NCBI GenBank assembly: GCA_951406725.2
Contig: OX597814.1
Location: forward strand, 93,992,001-94,056,000
Direction: 5' to 3'
Length of the DNA: 64,000 bases
From: Octopus vulgaris
Lineage: Eukaryota
The notes under the pieces were generated by a model. The model had not been told where the DNA came from. It saw only the letters and a program-made list of their open reading frames with translations, and searched no databases. Shown here piece after piece: positions 51,549 to 63,949 of this stretch. Made by a program: the position numbers and the translations under genes. Each line of letters starts with the position of its first letter. Within the stretch, counting starts at the first letter, position 1.

Positions 51549-52935
51549 TAATCTTTATATCACAATATCAACTCAGTATATAGTTCATTTTCCATTATTT
51601 TCATATAAATTGTAGTGTTTTTAAATGCCTCGTTAGTATTTGTTCGATCGTTTATTGTATTTATATCGGGACTTTACAAATGTGATTCACTGATCTTTAA
51701 TATCCTAGCAGACTACGTCGCATGCTTTTTCTTTGCGATATCCATTCTCAGTATAGTATTGTTACAGAAATAATGTTGTTTGCTGTCGGCTGTTTAGCCT
51801 GTTCTATTGATTTATACTTTCGACAATGCCTGCGTTCTATAGGTAACCATGGAAACAACTATAAGGTAAATTGTGTTTAGCTATGATTAACTCGATCAGT
51901 CTCCGAAGCTCTCTTTATTTAGAACCAGTTGTTTGTTTGCGTTTTCTCATCTAGTATCAGTTTAAATAGTTATCTGATTCACTGAAATTGTTCTTAAGTA
52001 AACTAAACAAAGTTTTATTCGTTAATGATGTGAACATAGAAGCACATGTAATGCATACAAGCAAACAAACAAACTACTATACATTTAGATAAACTAACGA
52101 GCATACACATGCCAAACAATATTTAGACAAATGAACAACCAAAGAAATATTCGTTGTTATGTGGGCGTAGTCAGGATTTGGACTGAAAGATAATCAAGTA
52201 TTAAAACGGATTTACCATTAGCCGTCTACATTGCGTTTCAATGTACATACATATATACTCTATAGACATACGGGCAACCGGATTGTGTGGGATTCATCCT
52301 AATCTGCTGGACGTGTCAACTCTCAAAGGAAACGTATGCGTATAACACTCTCACTGATGAGTATAGAAATATACAGCCAGGTCTATGATGTGTCCTAGGA
52401 ACTCTGTGATTCCGTATTTACAATAAATTTGTATCTGTATGCACAGGCTTAGGAAAGGTTTTCCTTATAGAAGACAAGCTGTTGCCCATGTTTTTAAGAC
52501 GCCATTTTCCAAGATGTTAGTGTTGTCCAATTTGTTGCTGCAAGTTAGACCACAAGGGTCGAAGGGAAAATCCCAATGCATTTATATGAATGATATCCTG
52601 TATACGATTCTGCATCCGCTGAAAGATAAAATTTATTCATTAATAATGTAAGCTGCGTAACTATGGATTGTACATCTGATATGATATGTCTTTCGTGACT
52701 CCCAGCACATCGTCCAAAAACTGTTGGTTTGTTTACGTTCCCATAACTCAGGAGTTAGACAGTCCCACGCTCTAATACTTCCTGCCTTTCATTGATACTT
52801 TCTATCGTCTTCGTGAGGGAGAAAAACAAAGTTGCCTTGCGCAAGATTTGAACCCAAGAAACCGGAACAAATAATCCAAGACATTTTAACTCACACTGAA
52901 AACATTCTTCCGTTATGCATTTACATAATATATTT

Positions 52936-53162
52936 TTTTATTGCCCACAAGGAGCTAAACACAGAGGGAACAAACAAGGACAGACAAACGTATTAATTCG
53001 ATTATATCGACCTCGGTGCGTAACTGGTACTTATTTAATCGATCCCGAAAGGATGAACGGCAAAGTCTACCTCGGCGGAATTTGAACTCAGAACGTAACT
53101 GCAGACGAAATACGGCTACGCATTTCGCCCGGCGTGCTAACGTTTCTGTCAGCTCGCCGCCG
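52936..53162 (-). mobile_element. SINE family D (head plus one unit)
   Basis: Reverse complement of 53505-53730. Confidence 0.85.
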
Positions 53163-53222
53163 TCTCGTTTATGCATTTACATAATAGCGAACTAAGTCGA
53201 AAGCGTATATGTGTGTGTGTGT

Positions 53223-53279
<57 letters not shown>

Positions 53280-53423
53280 CGTGCGTGGGTGTGTGTGTGC
53301 GTGTGTGCAGCGTGCGTGAATGTGTGTGGGAATGTGTGTGCATGTATGTGTGTGTGTATGTTTGTTTAGATTTCGAGTATAAAATCAAATAACCAAATCG
53401 ACGAGTATATTTAATGTAGCTAA

Positions 53424-54301
53424 AGGCGGCGAGCTGGAAGAAACGTTAGAGTGCCAGACAAGATCCCTAGCAGTATCTTATCTGTCTTTATGTTAAAAAA
53501 GCAGCGATCTGGCAGAAACGTTAGCACACCGGGCGAAATGCTTAGCGGTATTTCGTCTGCCGTTACGTTCTGAGTTCAAATTCCGCCGAGGTCGACTTTG
53601 CCGTTCATCCTTTCGGGATCGATTAAATAAGTACCAGTTACGCACCGAGGTCGATATAATCGAATTAATACGTTTGTCTGTCCTTGTTTGTCTTCTCTGT
53701 GTTTAGCCCCTTGTGGGTAGTAAAAGAAATAGGTATTTCGTCTGCCGTTACGTTCTGACTTCAAATTCCGTCGAGGTCGACTTTGTCTTTCATTCTTTCG
53801 GGGCCGATAAATTAAATAACCAGTTACGCATTGCGGTCGATGTAATCGACTTAATCTCTTTGTCTGTCCTTGTTTGTCCCTGTGTGTGTAGCCCCTTGTG
53901 GGCAGTAAAGAAATAAGAAATGTTAGCACGCCGGGCGAAATGCTTAGTGGTATTTCGTCTGCAGTTACGTTCTGAGCTCAAATTCCGCCGAGTTCGACTT
54001 TGCCGTTCATCCTTTCGGGGTAGATTAAATAAGTACCAGTTACGCACTGGGGTCGATGTAATCTACTCAATCCGTGTATCTGTCCTTGTTTGTCGCCTCT
54101 GTGTTTAGCCCCTTGTGGGTAGTAAAGAAATAGAAATAGGTATTTCGCCTGTGGTTACGTTCTGAGTTCAAATTACGCCGAGGTCGACTTTGCCTTTCAT
54201 CCTTTCGAGGTCGATAAGTTAAGTACCATCTGCGTACTGGTGTCGATCTAATCGACTGGCCAACATTAAAAAAAATTCGGGCTTTGTACCTAGAGTGGAA
54301 A
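53424..54301 (+). mobile_element. SINE family D multimer (four body units, repeated heads) with 18-bp TSD
   Basis: Units start with gtatttcg.ctg at about 53548, 53733, 53950 and 54140; TSD agtatatttaatgtagct (53404-53421) / agtataattaatgtggct (54302-54319). Confidence 0.85.
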
Positions 54302-54723
54302 AGTATAATTAATGTGGCTTACTGGTTCTGGATTTAGCAATCTCCGCGAATTAAATCTAATTACTGCGAAGTCGGAGAAACAGATATCACTATAACCGTG
54401 CTCTAAATTGAAATAAACAGGAAATGCATTGTCATATGATAAGTGATAAAGATAGTAAAGTACCTCATTTGCGATAATGTGATACTTAATTTATTCCTCA
54501 AAATATAACTTCCAAGTCTTAACTCAAGGATGTAAAATAGAATTTTAAATATTATCTAATCATAAAGTATTTACTTAAACATTTTTTCATTTATGTATTT
54601 AATTGTTTGCATAATGTATGTATGTCATATAGAGAACCTATATTGTATATTGCATTTACTAAATGCTGTTCGTTGTTTTAAGTTCGTTGTCCTTGTGTAA
54701 GTTGGGAACTTTGATACATTTTT
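54237..54723 (+). repeat. About 485-bp local direct duplication, copy 1
   Basis: Near-identical to 57180-57665. Confidence 0.92.
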
Positions 54724-57179
54724 TTCATTTTTCTATCCTTATAGTTTCTACTTGGTAGAAGATTAATTTAAATTTCATTACCTATTACACATGCAAGGTT
54801 ATACATTGATTCTATAATCTGTTAAAATAAATAGATCTGAGAAAGCAATCGCCACATCGGTATGCTGCTCAAGATTCTACCCACAGTCAGTGGTAATACA
54901 TTAAAGTACTATGCTTTCATCATTGAAATAGTAACGAAACTCATCTCCGTATTTTCATCCATGGTTGTATGCATAAGGAAAATGCCTGCACGTATGGCGC
55001 CTTGTTTTGAGGCAAAGTAATATTCATATGTATAGTGTGTAACTTACAAACAAATTCAAATTTGTTTTATGAATAATTACATATAATAACTCTGAAATCA
55101 ATGCGATCGTTTTATATTTACGGCAATGGCATATACTTTTATACTTAAAACGATCACTTAGTTAAGATTCAAGTTGTTGTGGTTTAAATTCATGTCGGCT
55201 ACAATCGAGCAGATCTACGATCAACGGTATTTAAACTATATCATCTAGGCATAGTTTATGGAAGCATGTGAGTTTGTAGAGATTGAGCTGTTATTTTCAG
55301 CAGTTCGAGCGACCACATGGAGGTTTTATTCGGTTCCCTAAGATATAATTAAGAACCATAAGTAAAACAATCAAAATATCTAATTAACGTGTGCTTCATT
55401 TTTGTGCGGTGCTGTGTTCAAAGCTTTAAATCGGTTGATATTAATTGAAAAGCAAGTCCACGTAATTTCATTTGCTTTAAGTACAGAATAACCTGAAGCT
55501 GTCATTATCGTCTCAATATCTGAACTGATTAGAATATTCATTTCGACACTATTATGTTATAACTATACTTGTGCAGTCGTGAAATAAGGAGGGAAGAGCC
55601 ATAGAATTAAATAAAGATCTTTATTTGATATTGGTGGAGACCCAAATTAAATATCCCGCAATGTTTTGTTACGTCATTCATTGTTCTAAGTTCAAATCCT
55701 GGCGTGATACACATAGTCTATTTGTTTCTTGGGTATTCAAGTACCTGTAATTTATCAGGGCTAATTCATTTCACCATAATACTCTTCTATATTCCCTGAC
55801 ATTGTATAAATGTGTGAGATCATGGCTAACAGGTATAGCTACAATTCAGGGAGCAACATTTGACATAATCATCAGTTTAAAGCACAAAACGAATGGACGT
55901 TAAAAATTGGCGCAAGGAATGAAAATCGATCTCAGATTATGATGAGAATTTATTTTATCGATTTCAAGTGAAACAGTGGCAAAGTAAAAACTGAGAAAGT
56001 TTAACACAAAACACAAATCGACAAACGTACATACTGTGAATTTGTTAGAGCTGCATATAACATCATCTACAGCCTCATGAACATGTATATTAATTATGTA
56101 AGAAATATATATTTATATATTCAAGCGAAAATTGCTAAATGCTAGCTTAGTAAATCATTTAGCATTTGTAGTTTTAAAGCTTATTTTACAATTTTAAAGT
56201 TTGTTGTGCGTAAAGCAATATTTTTATTGGGTTTTAAAACATTCTAGAATATATTTTGTTATAACAAATGTATCATTATTTAATGAGTGTCATAAATCAA
56301 CTGTGGCGTAAGAAACAAGGAAGTAAAATCAATTCTGTATTACATAAAATATTTTTCTATCAAAAATGCAGTAAAATATTATATTGTATGTTCGATGTAG
56401 TCTTTAAATATTCTTTCTCACGTTTTTATTTTTCTAAAATTCTGCATTTAAGCAGAATTCTTGAAATGTTCACTCAACTTACGAACTAAAGAAATGAACA
56501 TTTATAACTTTGTGCATTCCTTTTCAGTGTTTTATGTTACCTTACTAATTGATCAAAGCTTAATTGCCTTGGAACAACTTTGTTATTCTATGAATATGTT
56601 CTAAATACATTATTGATTCTAGTCTATATATACAAGCCAGCAAATACATTGGGTTGGTAAATGACATTGTATAACATCAAAAAATTACACAAGCACAACG
56701 GGAGAGTTAATTCTTTTCAAATAAAATAATATATATTTTCAAAAGTGTCTACATTCAAAATTGATTTCTATGGCGTTAGTTTCATGAAATAGAATCGTTA
56801 TCTAAGCCGGGCATTATTCTTTCTAAGATAGTTTTCATTAAGAATTTATCCTTTATTTCCAACTGCCAGATAATGTGACGTAATATACAATTCAATGATC
56901 TGACTAGATATGCAATGAGATGCTTCCTGTTGGGTTGGTCGTCACTACCAAACTCACAGCAAGCATATCCCATTAGATTACATTAAAGAGTAACTTATGT
57001 TATTCACTGAGTGTAGAATGAGGAGGGCATGTTACATAAGATTTAGGCCTTTAGTCTTTTACTTGTTTCAGTTATTCGACTGGGGCAATATTCGAGCAAT
57101 TGCTGGAAGGTTTTAGTCGATAAAATACCCCAGTACTTATTTTTTGTAAGTCTGTTGGTACTTAATCTAATAGTTACTT

Positions 57180-57665
57180 CTGGTGTCGATCTAATCGACT
57201 GGCCAACACTAAAAAAATTCGGGCTTTGTACCTAGAGTGGAAAAGTATATTTAATATAGCTTACTGGTTCTGGATTTAGCAATCTCCGCGAATTAAATCT
57301 AATTACTGCGAAGTCGGAGAAACAGATATCACTATAACCGTGCTCTAAATTGAAATAAACAGGAAATGCATTGTCATATGATAAATGATAAAGATAGTAA
57401 AGTACCTCATTTGCGATAACGTGATACTTAATTTATTCCTCAAAATATAACTTCCAAGTCTTCACTCAAGGATGTAAAATAGATTTTTAAATATTATCTA
57501 ATCATTAAGTATCTACTTAAACATTTTTTCAATGATGTATTTAATTATTTGCATAATGCATGTATGTCATATAGAGAGCCTATATTGTTTATTGCATTTA
57601 CTAAATGCTGTTCGTTATTTTAAGTTCGTTGTCCTTGTGTAAGTTGGGAACTTTGATACATTTTT
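57180..57665 (+). repeat. About 485-bp local direct duplication, copy 2
   Basis: Near-identical to 54237-54723. Confidence 0.92.
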
Positions 57666-57726
57666 ATAGTGATCCAATGTTCGTGCCACACGCTAGCTCA
57701 GTCTCTCCATCTATACATACATACAT

Positions 57727-57822
<96 letters not shown>

Positions 57823-58203
57823 ATGTATATGTGTGTGTGTGTGTATACATGTATATGAAGTAATCATAATAGTTCTTAATAATTATGCTTATAGTACTAA
57901 TCAATAAAAATAACAATAATAACAATAGCAACAATAGCAAGAGTAAAAATAACATTGATAGTATTGATAATAATAACAACGATAATAACCCTATCAATCA
58001 TAATACACTTAGCACCAACCCACTAGTAAGTAATTCTCCTCCACACCACAAACTATTTGACTGCAGAAAAGAAGACAATACCTCTCTAAGTTTTAATGAT
58101 ACCCCTAGCATCGTTCATTCCTTCTCATTGTACTTGTTTATATGTTTGTTTGTTTTTATATCCAATGTCCTAAGCAGTTTGGGATCACTTATAATATATA
58201 CTA

Positions 58204-58768
58204 TTGGGTTGTCCGGAAAGTTTGTGCCGATTTATAGCAGCTTACCTTTCAACTTATTTTAGAACATGGTTGTGTCCATAAAATAGGATTTGACTACTCC
58301 TACATTTAGAGCACAGTTTAAGCTATCTTTTCGTGGAAGAAGGTTTATGTTCCTATGACCTGTGTTAATTCTGTAACCCTTTAAAAGGCAAGATAAGAAA
58401 ATTCATTTTCGGCACTTGATGCTTTGGGAACCAGACAAAAATTGCTGCAGCTCGGCTGGGATGTGTTACCTCATCCTCCATATTCACCAGATATTGTTCC
58501 TTCGGATTTCCACTTATTCAGGTCTCTGCAGAATAGTCTTAATGGTAAAAATTTCAATTCCTTGGATGACGTAAAAAGATACCTTGATGAATTCTTTGCC
58601 ATGAAATCACCTCAATTCTGGGAAGAGGGTATTTTCAAGTTAAAGGAAACATTGAGACACACTGTGCAACAAAATGGTTCATATTTGGTTGATTAAAAAT
58701 GTAATGGCAAGTATTTATTGACCTTTTCTTTCCTTTAAAAATCGGTATGATCTTACCGGACAACCCAA
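58204..58768 (+). mobile_element. Internally deleted mariner (Hsmar1/cecropia-like)
   Basis: TIRs ttgggttgtccggaaag / cttaccggacaacccaa; transposase N-terminus DKKIHFRHLML fused to C-terminus LGWDVLPHPPYSPDIVPSDFHLFRSLQN...EEGIFKL. Confidence 0.92.
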
Positions 58769-59529
58769 TGCTTTTACATATTTTTATTTTATTTATTTAT
58801 TTATACCAACCCGTATAACGGTCTTAATAGCTTGCCCTTTGTTCTTAAATTTAACAGACTAATTATATTGAACGCTGGACTTTGGTCAATCCCATTACAG
58901 GCAGTAGGTAGTTGGATTTTACAACATATCATTAGGTAAATAATTGAAATTAATTGTTGGGCACTTTATTATGATAAACTTTTAATTAGTACTATAAGCA
59001 TAATTATTAAGAATTATTATGACTACTTCAAAATGCTATGGCAGCCTCACTTCTTCTTTGTCTAAACCTATTGGCGTATCCCATTATAGTAAATTGCTTA
59101 GTTTTATTTTTTTATTACTTATCCACACTGTGACCCCCCTGCCATAAAAAATAAGCCAATTACTATTTTAAGTTTAGTCATTTACTCAACGTCCCGAAGC
59201 AACACATAAGCAAAATAGTATGATTTAAATATATTAAGCATTCAATCTTCCACTCGAAGCTCTTCTTTTCTTTTCTCTTATGTATGTATTTTTCTTCACT
59301 CTCATGAAGCTCCATGTTCCAGATCAAATGTATCACCGAATATGATGAATATTATTTTTAGAATTTTCAATAGCAATACCATAGACCATTGGTAGTAGAA
59401 ACGGCTGTAAGATGGGACACAGTCTATTTGTATTGAATTAAAAAGTAATTATTAATGTAAGACAATTGTTGTTGATCAATATTTCTCCATTTTCTGTTTA
59501 CATTATATATATATATATAAATATATAGT

Positions 59530-59705
59530 TAATAAAAAAAAACGAGGAAAAACACAAGAAAAGAAAACAACGGGAGGACGTGGTACATACAAAGTATTAG
59601 CAGACGCTCAGGGAAGGAAAGAAAAGCAGATTTATGTTTCGAGCAAAGCTCTTCGTCAGAAACAGGAGATGGAGGAAAATCCAAGAGAAAAAGAAGAGGG
59701 AGGAA
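59530..59705 (-). repeat. PLE pseudo-LTR-like fragment with hammerhead core
   Basis: Minus strand gtttCTGACGAaGAGCtttGCTCGAAAcata at about 59632-59663. Confidence 0.5.
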
Positions 59706-59908
59706 AAAATGTAACCACATGTGGATCGTTTTATTAAAGCTGCAAAATCTTCACTGACTTTAACTCAGAGATTCATGTTCTCCTTCGTTGGCAAGTTGTG
59801 ATCACACCAGAGTGTAGAGATTTAATAAAAGCATATTAATCTAACTCCTGTATTCGAGTATTATTTTTTCCATCTTGTTTGCATCTATGTGCTCACTCCT
59901 GTGTATAC

Positions 59909-59957
<49 letters not shown>

Positions 59958-61271
59958 TGTGTCTCCTGTGCATGTGTGTGCGTGTGTATCTCTGTCTGTG
60001 TCTGTGTCTGCGTGTGTGTTTGTGTGTGTATATTTGTGTATGTTTGCATCCGTGTGTGTATGTATCATTCATCCATCGTCACATAACTTTTAAGGATAAT
60101 ACGTTGACTTCGTATGAAGATTTTCAAGTTTTTTTAAGGAGACTATTTTCTCACTCACATGAAAGTATCAAAGCACTTAAAACACAAAAAGAGAAAGTGA
60201 GAAAAGTAGGGGGAGAGCTGAAGAGAAAAAGAAAGGAGGAGAGAGAAAGAGAGAGCGAGAAGACAAATGAAACAGAAGAAACGAGACGAATAGAGACTGT
60301 CATACTGACATATGGACACAACTAGCAGAACGATATGTGAAAGCCTCGAATCGGCAACACTAGAGAACAAACACTTTTATTTTGCTGCAAATGAAACTTG
60401 CTGAATATAGCCGTCAATTAACACAGTTGAGATCAATTACGTTTACATTGAGATCTAATGGAATAGTAAGAGGTTAGAATAGAATGTAACCATCCTTATA
60501 TTATAGCATTCTTATGTTTGTCAGTGGAAATAATACCTCATTGTGTTCTTAACCTATAATATAATTCACCTGCAAATCAATAATAACTAATCTGTATAAT
60601 ATATATCTTTCTGTAATTTCTAATGCATTCTTGCATATATGAAAATAATAAAAAAATGTTGTAGCTGCTGATAGTGATTATTATTATCATATATTTTTTG
60701 TGTGCTTCTTCTTCTTTTTCTATTAGTCGATGTTATCACCTTTTTTTTTTTTCTTTGTTAGAATGTAGAAACTAACGCGAGAAAAATTACTGTCATATTG
60801 CTACATGAATTATTCACATCTCCCAAGAAATCATTGATTATTCTCAGTCAAGGGAAAGGAAGAAAGCTTGAGTGTGTGTGAGAGTGTATAATTGTATTAA
60901 TGCTATTGGATGTGCTATCATGAACGTGTCCGTATGGTGTATGGTGTTGTGTTGCAGAATCAGAAACAAATAGAGAATGAGAGGTTAGGTTCAGAGTGGA
61001 GTCCGTATTTGTGTCGGAAAGTTGACTGGAAGGACATAAAAGGTTAATGATATCACAGAGAGTAGAAGCGTTTTAAAGAAAGATCATGTTAGGCATAAAT
61101 AGTGATATATGCATAGCAGAGAAATAAATTGCTAGATATGCTGTAGAGACAGATTGATGTGTATTGGAGAATAAATAAATGAATAAAAAGGTCGTTCCGT
61201 ATATGTATATATATATATTTTCTTATACTAGCGGTGATACTTAGCGTTGCTGGGGATGAAAATCGTAAAGT

Positions 61272-61311
<40 letters not shown>

Positions 61312-61639
61312 CAGTTATGTTGAAACAGGTGATACGGGAAAGTGCAGCATTGACGACAATACATCTGTGGAGTAGATGATGGTCTAGTTCTACTAAGAGA
61401 CATGAAATACGTCCGTTTGGAGGATCACATGCCCTAACCTATCATGAACAATTGCGAGTTGGGGGTTTATGTAATTTTGGGACCCAACGAAAAGCTGTCA
61501 GTGGATATATTCGCCTTTGAGGCGCTCAACACTGCATCTAACACGACCCGTCGTAAGGTTGACTGTCAAATGAATGGAGGTGTAACAGAAATATCGTACG
61601 TGAACTGGTATATTTGGGAAATGGGCTGCAATGGTAGGC

Positions 61640-61848
61640 GGCAACAGGGAAGTGATGTGTTGAAATGTTGCAGAAGGCGAAGGGTTGACAAGGAATTGCT
61701 GGTGTGGCTGCAGAGTAAGAAACATAAAGGGAGCCTATGCAGTCATATGACAATATATATTAATGAATTACTTGAAAAAATAAGGCAGAAATGGCTTACC
61801 GCATGGTATAATAGAGTATGTCAGTATTTTGTATGCAGTGTAAATTAA
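61640..61848 (+). mobile_element. Possible pogo/Tigger CENP-B-type HTH remnant
   Basis: VDKELLVWLQSKKHKG...KWLTAWYNR loosely fits 'D..L..W....R..G...GWL..F..R'. Confidence 0.25.
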
Positions 61849-61919
61849 CGAAATATAAGCAAATGATACATTCACATATGTCAGTCGTCACATCCGTTTG
61901 CGTATGTGTAGATGTGTGT

Positions 61920-62560
61920 GTGTGTGTTTAATAATGTACCATTATATATGTATATGTAGGTGTAGATGTTTTTTATGTTTAATAACATATCTAACGCAGA
62001 AAGAGACACTGAAATATATATACACTCATACACTTACACACATATATTTACAGACAGATACAGAGTCATATACAAAATACGATGTCGTCGTTGTGGTATA
62101 AAATGCCCTGTTGACAATAGAAAAATTGTCTTTATGAAATGTTATATTGTTTTAATCAAAATGAAAATAAATATATGTTTAATAACGTACCTAACGAGGA
62201 AAGGCACTCACACTGTGAAGTAAATACACACTCATACTCACATACACAGTCATATACAAAATATGACGGCGTCGTCAGGTCGTCATATATATATGTGTGC
62301 GTGTGTATGTCTGTCTGTCTGCCTGTCTGCCTGTCTGTGTAGATATGTGTGTTTAATAACGTACCGTTTCATATGTATACATATATATGTGTGTACATGT
62401 GTATGTTTAATAGCGTAACTTGCGCCGAAAGACACACACTGACTATGAGATATGTACACACTTATAACCTTGCACACATACACTCACAGATAGATACACA
62501 GTGATATACAAAATTTGATACGGTTTTCGTCGTGGTATAAATTGTCATGTTGACAATAGC
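61920..62560. repeat. Degenerate tandem repeat region
   Basis: Blocks tgtttaataa..ta.ct..cg.....agacac, acacagtcatatacaaaat..ga and gtggtataaa..g...tgttgacaatag recur two to three times. Confidence 0.6.
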
Positions 62561-62562
62561 AA

Positions 62563-62705
62563 GATTGCAGCGTTGCAAGATGTCGATAAGTCATTCAAGA
62601 ACACACAAAAATCATTAGCTTCACTTGAACATTAAAATTTCATTTGTGTCAAAATATATCCGTCGCTTTGAAACCGTGACCTGTTCACTGACAAAAGATC
62701 GTGTT
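62563..62705 (-). repeat. Short repeat with G3-C8 hammerhead-like motif; homologous to 20595-20740
   Basis: Minus strand tgtcaGTGAACAgGTCACggtttcaaaGCGACggatATATTTtgaca. Confidence 0.6.
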
Positions 62706-62907
62706 GGATATGAGAAAGTAACAATTATTTCATGATATATATGTTTATGTATGTATGTTTGTATGTGTACGGATGTGACTAGACGTGTCTGCCTGTATAT
62801 TTGTATATACAGGTAAATGTATGCTTATGTACTGATATGTGTGTCTGTTCAAGTTGCATATATCACTGTTACTCCGTGGAAGGCTGTATATATATATATA
62901 TATATAT

Positions 62908-63205
62908 ATCACGTGATCATGTGACCGACCAGACCATCAGATGTTGCTACACATCGCTGGTCACAATGCGTTCGCATTGTTTTAGCCTTTGAACGACGCC
63001 ACCCCGCTGGCTAAGCGAGCAGGCCAACAGAAGAAAGTGGGAGAAAGAGTGGTGAAAGAGTACAGCAGGGATCACCACCCCCTGCCGGAGCCTCGTGGAG
63101 CTTTTAGGTGTTTTCGCTCAATAAACACACACAACGCCCGGTCTGGGAATCGAAACCGCGATCCTCCGACCGCGAGTCCGCTGCCCTAACCACTGGGCCA
63201 TTGCG

Positions 63206-63209
<4 letters not shown>
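62908..63209 (-). mobile_element. SINE family B
   Basis: Reverse complement of 37412-37710. Confidence 0.9.
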
Positions 63210-63290
<81 letters not shown>

Positions 63291-63539
63291 AATGTTCCGA
63301 TCACACGATGTAGGCCCTTGCTATGCACGTATAGCTCCGTAAATTGATAGTTATCTCTATGAAATATTATATTGTTTTAACCGAAATGCAAATAAAATTT
63401 CGTTTTGACACTGACCAGCCCTCACATACATATAGTGTGTTTAATAACTTACCTAATGTGAATAATGTACATAATTCCTCATCTTTTAGATATAAAATTG
63501 TAATATATATATATACGTTTATATATTTGTTTTGCTAGA

Positions 63540-63905
63540 TTCTTGATGTGAAATCGTGTGTTGAAACAGATGTTGTTGTATTTAGGAATGGTCATTTTGC
63601 CAGTTTAGCAAATAAAAACACACGCACTATATATTTGGTGTTAATTTGCTTCAGCTTTATTTATTTTTTACATTAATCTTAATTTCATTTCGGCCAGATT
63701 TCTTTCGTCACACTTCTCTGACGTCATCAGTGGTCCTTTGTTTTCTTTTTTCTTATATGTGTCTCTCCTTACTAACGGTCAGCCATTTTGTATCTTGTAT
63801 TCCTATTGTATGTGTCTTTATTTGCGCATGCGTATACCCTTATGTGTGTCTATGTTTAGTTAGTGTGGGTGTGTGGGGAAGTGCCTGTAATATTTGTATC
63901 TCCTG
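63540..63905 (-). repeat. Second copy of the 430-bp hammerhead-bearing repeat
   Basis: Reverse complement of 35500-35860. Confidence 0.75.
63691..63736 (-). ncRNA. Candidate type I minimal hammerhead ribozyme
   Basis: ggacca CTGATGA c GTCA gagaagtg TGAC GAAA gaaa TC tggcc: intact CUGAUGA and GAAA cores, stem II, stem I cca/tgg and an NUC triplet. Confidence 0.6.
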
Positions 63906-63911
63906 TTAGTG

Positions 63912-63949
<38 letters not shown>

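Noticed and set aside
53505-54300. Tandem units as a CRISPR-like array
   Set aside because: The units are about 180-bp SINE bodies with no unique spacers, there are no cas genes, and the context is eukaryotic.
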